DNA of 64,000 nt from a virus (Duplodnaviria; Caudoviricetes). The notes below the pieces were generated by a model that saw nothing but the letters and a program-made list of their open reading frames with translations, was not told the DNA's origin and did no database searches. The first letter of the stretch is position 1. Every line of letters begins with the position of its first letter. Below are positions 50,606 to 58,493 of this stretch, in pieces. Where the stretch lies: positions 32,001 to 96,000 of the IMG/VR virus record IMGVR_UViG_3300033066_001295, one strand, 5' to 3'. Position numbers and translations under genes: made by a program.

Positions 50606-51258
50606 ATGCCAACTAACGACACACCGATCCATCTCGGTAAGGCGTCACAGGAAATCCCTGTGACGCTTTTTCAGGACCATCTTGATGGCTTATGCACCTT
50701 GATTCATTTCTGCAATGGGTTAGCGGCTTCCGGGAACGGTGAGGTTCCCGGCTCCTTTGAACTGGTCATGCACTACCGGGAGCTTAAATCAAGAGTAAAC
50801 GCCAGTAAGAAATGAGTGAGTATATCAAACCCGGTGGGTGTAAAAAGGGTTACCTGTACAGGGTTTCGTCAAGGAACCTTAACAAGGCTGTTTTTGATGG
50901 AGATAATGGCTTCATAGGCATCCGAGAAAAATTCGGAGCTAGGTACCTCTTCAAGGAATATCACAAAGACACCGACAAGAACTTTGGCACCGTATTACCT
51001 CTTGAGGAGCTAAAGAAAGTGCCAAGTAGCATACCAATCACTGCCCAGCTTGAGCACGAACATGGTAACTTGTGGGGCAAACGTGGTGACACATGGGTGC
51101 CGATTATCAGCAGGAACCTCAAAAAAGATGAAGCTGCCCATGGCGGAAGGCAAGGTTTTGTTGACCTATGGGCTGATACAGGTGAAAGAACCGGCGATCA
51201 TGAGTACCCAAAAATCAGGGGCAATGACAAACTGATGAAGTGGCTTGAAAAACAATGA
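50606..51258 (+). other. Two hypothetical ORFs (50606-50815, 50812-51258)
   Basis: Coupled ORFs. Confidence 0.55.
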
Positions 51259-51815
51259 GCAGACCCCTAGCACCTGACGGTGGAAATGATCGAATCTACA
51301 CACCAAGATACATCGCAAATGGTCTGGTAAAGCACTTCAAACCTTCAGGTTATATGCTGGAGCCTTGTGCAGGTAGGGCAGACTATCAGCCCTTCTATGA
51401 TGCTCTAAGGCATAGATCAAGCTATGTTGAATGGTGCGAGATAGACTTGGAGAGAGACTTCTTTGAGTGGGGCACGTCCGTTGACTGGATCGTGACAAAC
51501 CCACCTTGGGGCAAGTTTAGGCGATTCCTCCAGCATAGCATGGAGGTGGCTGACAACATCGTTTTCTTGTGCCTTACCAATGCTTGGTACATGAAGGCAA
51601 GACAGCGTGACATCAAAGAAGCTGGCTTTGGTCTTGTCGAGATAGCACACATTGAAACCCCACCGGCACCATGGCCACAAGCTGGATTCCAACTTGGGGC
51701 TGGATGGTTAAGACGTGGGTGGAAAGGCAGCACCTATGTCCATGACTTGGTTATACCGGCTGAAGAAGACCACTTGGAAGCTTCTGTCCATAACCTGTCA
51801 CTCCAGTGTTCATGA
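51255..51815 (+). CDS. Amino-DNA methyltransferase (N6-A/N4-C type)
   Basis: YTP, LEPCAG (SAM motif), VTNPPW catalytic motif. Confidence 0.82.
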   Translation: MSRPLAPDGGNDRIYTPRYIANGLVKHFKPSGYMLEPCAGRADYQPFYDALRHRSSYVEWCEIDLERDFFEWGTSVDWIVTNPPWGKFRRFLQHSMEVADNIVFLCLTNAWYMKARQRDIKEAGFGLVEIAHIETPPAPWPQAGFQLGAGWLRRGWKGSTYVHDLVIPAEEDHLEASVHNLSLQCS

Positions 51816-52722
51816 AGACAAAAAAAGATCGTGGAATGGGCGTGTCACGTGATCTCGAATTGCTCGAAGCACGAGCGCATTCCTTTGGCAAAACTGGTGT
51901 GATTGAAGTGAGATGCCCGTCTGGAATATCAGTTTTACGTGTAAAGGACGCGCTCAAGTTGGCCAGCAATATCATCGAAGCAGTAAAAAAATGACAATCA
52001 CAGAAGGCCCTATAACATGGAAGGGGATTGAGCTTATCCCTGTTGGAACCAAAGTTGAACTGTTCAACAAGGAGTGGACCATAACATCACACCTTAGCTC
52101 ATACTATGCCCTCAAGTTTGAAGGACCGGGCTACATAGGAAAGACAACTGTCTCTTTCAACTCAACAGAACTGCTAAAGAAAAGCATAAGGCCATGATCA
52201 AGGTAACTGTAGAATTGGTTTCAGCAGTAGCTACACCGAGAATCCTATTCCTCGACGGTGATGAGATATGCAATGATGGCACAGGAGACAAAGACACTGG
52301 CAACTACAAGGTTACTTTATCAAAATTTGGCGGCTCAGGTATCTGGAAGAGAGGTGAAGTGAAAAACTTTGACCGCATGAATCGTGGTGCATGGGACCTT
52401 CTTTATGTTATACTTCACAAGCTAATAGGTGGAAGAAAAAATGAAAACACAACCTTCGCAGATAGTAGCAGTACTGAACAAAGTTGAGGAGCTATTCCCT
52501 CTTCCTGTTCGAGACAACCCACCATTCAAGGGTAACCACAGCATCACTCTTCAGGATGGTATATTGGTCATCACCATATGGTTCAAGAAGGGCGATAGGA
52601 TCATGGCACAGTCTTTTGCTTTTGAGGACGGAGAAACAAGCATCGAAGAAGACTTGGAAGAAATCAAGAACACTTGGGAAGACTGGCGATGGGAACGATT
52701 TCTCAAGAACACTGAATACTAG
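51806..52722 (+). other. Small early ORFs (51806-51994, 51991-52197, 52194-52487, 52441-52722)
   Basis: Coupled ORFs. Confidence 0.55.
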
Positions 52723-52750
52723 GCATCATCAAACTACTAAAGACTACTGA

Positions 52751-53320
52751 ATGAGAGTGATAGTTGCTGGCAGCAGAACTTGCAAAAAGTACCCCATCGT
52801 CAAGGAGGCTATAGAGCTATCTGGTTTCAAGCCAACGCTCATTATCAGTGGAACAGCTACAGGTGCAGACCGCTTCGGGGAAAAGTGGGCTGCCGAAAAT
52901 AACATACCTGTAGAACTATTCCCGGCAGACTGGTCACAGGGTAAAGGGGCCGGATACAGGAGAAATGAAGAGATGGCATCAAAAGCTGATGCCCTTGTTT
53001 GCTGCTGGGACGGAAAGAGCAAGGGCAGCAAACACATGATTGATATTGCCAAGCGTGTTGGCTTGAAAGTGTTTGTCCATGAGTTCAACCCAGAAATATA
53101 CTCTCTGAGACTACTCCCCTACTGGTCAAAGGTCACAATTAAAAGTGGTGAGACTCTTGAAAAATGGGTGGCTGGATACCACTGTCCAGCATGTAACAAG
53201 AGAGGTCAGTGGAGAACAGGTGTTTATTTTGACCACATGATGAGGTGCTTTAATGGGTGTGATCCAGCACCTATCTGGATTCCCGGAGAAACTTACCTCA
53301 AGTATGTTAAAAAGCTGTGA
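52751..53320 (+). CDS. SLOG superfamily protein (DUF2493/YspA-like) with C-terminal Zn ribbon
   Basis: VIVAGSR, ISGTATGAD, ADW..GKGAG.RRN, WDGKSKGS.HMI. Confidence 0.88.
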   Translation: MRVIVAGSRTCKKYPIVKEAIELSGFKPTLIISGTATGADRFGEKWAAENNIPVELFPADWSQGKGAGYRRNEEMASKADALVCCWDGKSKGSKHMIDIAKRVGLKVFVHEFNPEIYSLRLLPYWSKVTIKSGETLEKWVAGYHCPACNKRGQWRTGVYFDHMMRCFNGCDPAPIWIPGETYLKYVKKL

Positions 53321-54137
53321 CAAAACTCTCCTGCCTCAGCCTTGAGTTATAGGCGGCAGTGTTGTCAAAACCTGCCTTTGAAGCTTGTGAGGCAGCCATG
53401 CTGGCACCCCATCCAGCTTTTCTCTCAGCAGCTTCTTTTTCGGCTGCTTCTGCCGCTTCGGCTGCGTTTCTGCTGTTAGACCTCAGCATGGCAATCTGCA
53501 TTGAGATACGCTTGTGATCCTCTGGAGTTGCTGTGTGAAGAAGAGCAGTAAGCTCAGCAATCTGTTTGGCTGTTTCTGGATCAGTCTGCCTGACAAACTT
53601 GCCACTATCATTGAACTCGTGCCACTCGTTGTCGTGAAAGTTGTCATCTTGAACCCACACTTTTCTGGCAGGCTTGTTGAGGTATGACGTTGTAGCTGTA
53701 GCAGCTTCAATCACCTTGGTTTTCCAGTCAGGATCAACCCTGATTACACTTCCATGAAAAGAGATGAGAACATTGTCTCCTGAAACCCATCCTCGACCGG
53801 GAGTCTTCAAGGCCAGTTTTGCTTCACGCCTCATCTGAAACTCTTTTGGATGTGCTGCAATCTCGTCATAACTGATTGTGTTAAACAGCCCGGTCCTGCC
53901 AATACTGACAAGCTCCTCATAATTTCTTGAATTCAAAGCAGACAGCTTGTTATGGGTCATGTAGCGCAATGGCTCACCAAAGACTAGCTCAACGTCGTCA
54001 GTGACTTCGTCTTGACCGGCAAAAACAATCTCCCCATTTATCCAGCCAAAGGTGACACAATTATTTTGAAAGGTGTGACGCTCAGTGTTGAATATCACTT
54101 CTTCGGCGTTCTCAAAAAGATGGATAAATTTTCCCAC
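53307..54137 (-). CDS. Putative head-packaged protein with N-terminal FIHLFE tag
   Basis: TATCTA (54143-54148) 5 nt upstream of GTG; MGKFIHLFE-N. Confidence 0.65.
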   Translation of the reverse strand: MGKFIHLFENAEEVIFNTERHTFQNNCVTFGWINGEIVFAGQDEVTDDVELVFGEPLRYMTHNKLSALNSRNYEELVSIGRTGLFNTISYDEIAAHPKEFQMRREAKLALKTPGRGWVSGDNVLISFHGSVIRVDPDWKTKVIEAATATTSYLNKPARKVWVQDDNFHDNEWHEFNDSGKFVRQTDPETAKQIAELTALLHTATPEDHKRISMQIAMLRSNSRNAAEAAEAAEKEAAERKAGWGASMAASQASKAGFDNTAAYNSRLRQESFVTAF

Positions 54138-54171
54138 ACTGATAGATACGTCAAACAGTGGTCACATCAGG

Positions 54172-54199
54172 TTGACACAAGTCCTACTTCTGTTATATT
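54172..54199 (+). promoter_or_regulatory. Early promoter TTGACA-N16-TATATT
   Basis: 5 nt before ATG 54205. Confidence 0.7.
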
Positions 54200-54204
54200 T
54201 TACC

Positions 54205-54618
54205 ATGAGAGAAGCCCTTCGCCCTCGCCGCCAACTGAAAGAGTTCATGAGCAGTTGTGAAAACCGCAAGTGGCTCAACGTAGGCTTTGGAAAAATCTAT
54301 GTCAGAAAGTCAAAGCGCATCTTTGAAAATGAAATGCACTCAGCTTTCGATGTGGCCACAATTGAAGTGAAAGAGGGAAGGCGTGGAAAGGGGCTTTTCA
54401 CCAATTGGCTAAACACTGTGGAAAAGTTCTGTGATGAACTAAACTTACCTGTGTACATTGAGAATGTTCACGAAGAGAGGTTCAGGAAGTTCTTCGAGAA
54501 GCAAGGCTACTTGCCAAGCCACACATGGGCCTGCTATTACAAGCCACCGTCTAGCTGGCACAAGCCTCAAGCTCAAGCTTTAGCTGACCCGGATGGTGCT
54601 GCTCATGAGCCTTCTTAG
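54205..54618 (+). CDS. GNAT acetyltransferase-like protein
   Basis: VATIEV..GRRGKGLF acetyl-CoA loop; ENV...FFEKQGY. Confidence 0.75.
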   Translation: MREALRPRRQLKEFMSSCENRKWLNVGFGKIYVRKSKRIFENEMHSAFDVATIEVKEGRRGKGLFTNWLNTVEKFCDELNLPVYIENVHEERFRKFFEKQGYLPSHTWACYYKPPSSWHKPQAQALADPDGAAHEPS

Positions 54619-55051
54619 CTAAAGGGCAGTCAAGAAGACAGCGTTGCTCAGTTCTCGGGTTCTCTACGCAGACACCGATAAACCTTTCAGGCTTGCCTGT
54701 GCTCTTGCTATATGTAAACCGCCCGATACCCCTGATTACTTTGTGAGGATCAGAGGCAAGTCTGTAACAGCAGTTGAACTTTCCGCCCTTGGCAATTACG
54801 TCACTGATGCACTTGTTCACAGTTGGCAGGTCTTCAGGATGGACAAGCTTAGCAAAGTCCTCAAAAGTGCTTCCAAAGACTTGGTCAAGGTTAAAAAGCT
54901 CGTGCATCCTTCGGTCCCACACAAGTTTGTTCGTGTCTATATCCCAATCCCATACGCCTATCATGCCCACATCGAGGGCTAGCCTGAGACGTTCTTCAGC
55001 ACGACCTATCTGCTCACTAAGCTCTTCAAGTGTTCTCAAATTATCTGACAT
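54551..55051 (-). CDS. Stand-alone PAS (PAS_3) sensor-domain protein
   Basis: EERLRLAL..GMIGVWDWD...WDRRMHELF...VHPED...YRL. Confidence 0.85.
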   Translation of the reverse strand: MSDNLRTLEELSEQIGRAEERLRLALDVGMIGVWDWDIDTNKLVWDRRMHELFNLDQVFGSTFEDFAKLVHPEDLPTVNKCISDVIAKGGKFNCCYRLASDPHKVIRGIGRFTYSKSTGKPERFIGVCVENPRTEQRCLLDCPLAKKAHEQHHPGQLKLELEACAS

Positions 55052-55059
55052 ACCTGAGA

Positions 55060-55347
55060 TTATTTGGAGGCATGTGAGAATACCCAAGCTATTAAGACCG
55101 CTACTGTCTGTGCTGCCGCATATACTCCGATGAGCATGTACTTCCAGTTTTCGAGTTTTGTCACGCGACTGCTTAGAGCCTCCGCGTGACTTTGGCGAAA
55201 AAAATTTTCTTTGATGTTATGGATGTCTTCCTGAATACTGGATACTGCCTTTCTCAGGTGTGAAATATCATCCCCAAGACGATTCCTGTATTCTTGCCGA
55301 AGTTGGGCCAGTTCTTCTTCGTTAGACATATCACTTTTTGAGGTCAC
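55060..55347 (-). CDS. Small coiled-coil protein with C-terminal TM (holin/XhlA-like architecture)
   Basis: RVTKLENWKY followed by a hydrophobic helix; TATAAATA on the minus strand at 55351-55358. Confidence 0.55.
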   Translation of the reverse strand: MTSKSDMSNEEELAQLRQEYRNRLGDDISHLRKAVSSIQEDIHNIKENFFRQSHAEALSSRVTKLENWKYMLIGVYAAAQTVAVLIAWVFSHASK

Positions 55348-55365
55348 TTGTATTTATACATACAG

Positions 55366-57540
55366 ATGAACCTATCCTTTCTGGAACTTTTTGAGACTGA
55401 GGCGACTGAAGCTGAGCTTATTGAGTCTGATAGTGTTATCATTGGCTGCACTAATCGAGATTTCTCCAGCAGGTCGAGGACAATACCGGCAGGTTCATTT
55501 TCAAGAGATGACATGTTTGGTCGTTACACGCACGAAAACTTGAGACTTGATGATGATTTCAACTGGAGATACCGTCCAGATACACGAACACTCTACTGGT
55601 GGACACCTCCAGTAGATGAGGAATACACCACTGCTGTCATTGCTTATATCAGGAAAAAAACAGGATCGGAACCACTGAGGCAAAAGAATGTTGAGTCCGA
55701 GCTATCACTTGCTCACGGTCTCAAAAATCCTGTAAAGGCAGAGAGCATCTTGTCTGAAGATTTTACAGACAGGCTGAAGTGGGTGGTTAATAATGAAAAA
55801 AACCCTGTAACAGCCTTCCTAACGCTTGATGCTGTTATAAGTAATAGGCCATCTTATGCTAGTGATATTAGGAAAGGTGCAGAGCAAGTCGCATCTGATA
55901 TGAGGTCACTTGCCAATGACAACTACGACCCAAGTATTCCTGAGACCAACACCCTTACAGATGCTCAAGTTCTTGAGAAGCTGAAACAGATGTTGGATGA
56001 ATGGCTGAGCACAGGCAAGTGGTATGATGACAGTGTGATCCCAGACAGAAGTCCTGTTGAAAAACTTGTCGGCTGGATACACAACTGGATGAGGAAAGGT
56101 GTTGAAGCAACGAACGAGATCAAAACCTTCATCAGGTTCAAGAATGAAATAGCAGACTGGTTCATGGCTACACGGCCAAACATCATGAGCCTGAAGCCAT
56201 CTCAAGCGGCAGCCAGATCACACAGGTGGCACGCTGCAATGGCGCGGAAGGACGCTGAGAGGATTGCCATCGAGGGCACAAAGCACCTGAAGAAGGTTGC
56301 TGAGTTGGGTGACGGTGTGGAAATATATGAACTTACAGTTAATGACCTGAAGGACGAAGGTTCCACCATGAAACACTGTATTGGGCGGATGCCACGTTAC
56401 ACTGATGGTATTACCAAAGGAACCAACAAAGCTTTCTCAATCAGGAGAGATGGCAAGAGGCTCTACACCGTCTTTACTACAACTGACAAAGGTAACATAG
56501 GTGGCCACAGCTTTGAATCACTACCGACAATCGAGCAGTTCAAGGCCAAGACTAACCTCATACCCGGCCAGAAGGGAACTGACATAGAGGCTGCCGTGGC
56601 TGCAAAGAAATGGTTCAAGTCGCAGGGGTACTATGTCAAGTGTCATGACCTCCACATATTGGCACTTGATGAATCGGTGGCTGAGTCTCTTCTTGCTGAA
56701 ATGCCTGTTGGCAAATTTGAGCTTATTGGTGATTGGTCACCGGGAGCAAAGCCACGTGGTTATGACAAGCCGTCCATTGGTATCGTAACCAGTCAGGCTG
56801 GTGTGGAAAAGATCAGGCAGAAGTGGGCGAAAGTAAATGAAACATTTGATATTTACTTGGTAAGATCACCGAAAGGCTACAAGCATGTTGAGGTGGGTGA
56901 GGTATCGCCGGAATGGGTGCAGAAAAATCTTGGCATCAACCTTGAATATGACGATGACAAGATCACAATGATCTACACCAACAACAAGGGTTCAGAAAAG
57001 GTTCCGATGACTCCTTGGACACTGGCTCACAGATTTGGTCATGCAAGTTCGAGGATGTTCAAAGACAGTAGCTACACAAAAGATGAGTCAAACCCTGTCA
57101 TGCACTTCACCCGTCAGCTTGACTCTAGTCTTACCAAGATAGCTCAGGTTGTTTATGGGATCAGCCAGTTCAAGGACTACTATGGTGGGTATTCTGGATC
57201 ATCAAACTACCCAAGAAAAGAGGTAATCTTCAGACAGATATGTCAAAATCTTGGGACCATGAAAAGTTGCCGAGATGGCAACCTACGAAACTGGGGAGAG
57301 TTTGCTTTTGAGGTGCTTGCCCAGTATATGATCACAGGTAAAGTATCACTGAACAGGAACCTTAGCAGTGTTCTTGCCACCAGCTTTGCATGGGGCAGAC
57401 CACAAGGGCCTTGGAAAAGGAGTATGTCACCAGAACAGCAAATAGCTGTTGAGGGTATCATTGATGACCTTGAGATGGAGGCTGAAAACTATGCTTTTGA
57501 AACCTTAAAGAGGGCAATTGGCCGAATTTATGTCATGTAG
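55366..57540 (+). CDS. Multidomain putative virion protein with FLELFE tag, PcfJ-like domain and zincin-like C-terminal domain
   Basis: MNLSFLELFE; WH..., LKDEGSTMKHCIG, FSIR, IEQFK; TPWTLAHRFGH. Confidence 0.65.
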   Translation: MNLSFLELFETEATEAELIESDSVIIGCTNRDFSSRSRTIPAGSFSRDDMFGRYTHENLRLDDDFNWRYRPDTRTLYWWTPPVDEEYTTAVIAYIRKKTGSEPLRQKNVESELSLAHGLKNPVKAESILSEDFTDRLKWVVNNEKNPVTAFLTLDAVISNRPSYASDIRKGAEQVASDMRSLANDNYDPSIPETNTLTDAQVLEKLKQMLDEWLSTGKWYDDSVIPDRSPVEKLVGWIHNWMRKGVEATNEIKTFIRFKNEIADWFMATRPNIMSLKPSQAAARSHRWHAAMARKDAERIAIEGTKHLKKVAELGDGVEIYELTVNDLKDEGSTMKHCIGRMPRYTDGITKGTNKAFSIRRDGKRLYTVFTTTDKGNIGGHSFESLPTIEQFKAKTNLIPGQKGTDIEAAVAAKKWFKSQGYYVKCHDLHILALDESVAESLLAEMPVGKFELIGDWSPGAKPRGYDKPSIGIVTSQAGVEKIRQKWAKVNETFDIYLVRSPKGYKHVEVGEVSPEWVQKNLGINLEYDDDKITMIYTNNKGSEKVPMTPWTLAHRFGHASSRMFKDSSYTKDESNPVMHFTRQLDSSLTKIAQVVYGISQFKDYYGGYSGSSNYPRKEVIFRQICQNLGTMKSCRDGNLRNWGEFAFEVLAQYMITGKVSLNRNLSSVLATSFAWGRPQGPWKRSMSPEQQIAVEGIIDDLEMEAENYAFETLKRAIGRIYVM

Positions 57541-58060
57541 TTTTACCGGTCTGTTTGAGTCGAGCAACCCTTGGCTTAGTGTGAAGCAGTCAAGAACTGC
57601 TGAAGAGGCTGAGGCATGTCTCAAACAATTTGAGCAGGCTTGGGGCAGATATAGCACTGCTTTCTATATCAGCCCGAATGAGATCATCAAAGTGAGTCCT
57701 GAAGACAAAGCCTTCGCTGCCTTTGCCATGATGTGCCATAGAGGAAATAACAGCTTGTTTCCAAAGGTGTTTGACTTTGTGTCCCTGCCTGATGGCACGT
57801 TTTGTTGCAGGATGGAGAGAGTGACGCCTCTAATCAAATTCAAGGATGCCTATAGTGTCGAAGAGTTGGTTGATTGCCTTAGTGACGGCAGTGAGGTTCC
57901 AGTAGAGTATGATGGGCTGATGCAAAGTCTCCACTTCACCGAGAGTGACCTTGACTCATTTATAACACAAGTATCAAGCCTTGGTAAGAATGATATTCAT
58001 GTTAACAACATGGGCAGGCGCAAAGACGGATCGCTAGTTATTTTTGACCCTATAAACTGA
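57530..58060 (+). CDS. Minimal Ser/Thr-kinase-like protein with FTGLFE tag
   Basis: GRYSTAF, IIKV, FPKV, MERV, DIHVNNMG, VIFDP. Confidence 0.72.
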   Translation: MSCSFTGLFESSNPWLSVKQSRTAEEAEACLKQFEQAWGRYSTAFYISPNEIIKVSPEDKAFAAFAMMCHRGNNSLFPKVFDFVSLPDGTFCCRMERVTPLIKFKDAYSVEELVDCLSDGSEVPVEYDGLMQSLHFTESDLDSFITQVSSLGKNDIHVNNMGRRKDGSLVIFDPIN

Positions 58061-58481
58061 TGGCTAGGTCTTTTCTCAACTTATTTGAAACAAGTGACGT
58101 TGCTGTCATAAAGTCTTTCATTAGAAGATATGTGCCTGAGAATGGTGGGTTGCAAGCTTGCCGTCATGGTGGTTGCTTTGAATTTGTGGAAGCGTTTATA
58201 GCTGAACATGACGATGCTGAAATGTGGGAGACACTTGAGCTAGATGATAGCCATGTCGGTCTCCCCTTAGTGATGTCTTTTGAACTGGTGAATCAACTGA
58301 TTGCAAGTGAGAAACAAAAAGCCAAAAATCCAGCAAATGTTGAGTATGTCACTGACATAGGTATCACTGGTGGGCACGCTGGCACAAATATGTTTTTGAT
58401 GCTGCTGGCATCTCGTCATTTGAAGCTATAACAAAGTATTTTGACTCCTTGTCAAATGTTCACTGGGTACGAACAACATAG
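58060..58481 (+). pseudogene. FLNLFE-tagged papain-like protein with apparent frameshift near 58380
   Basis: GGCFEF...GGHA in frame 0; WHKYVFDAAGI...TT* continues in the -1 frame to 58481. Confidence 0.5.
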
Positions 58482-58493
58482 GAGCACGAAGTC

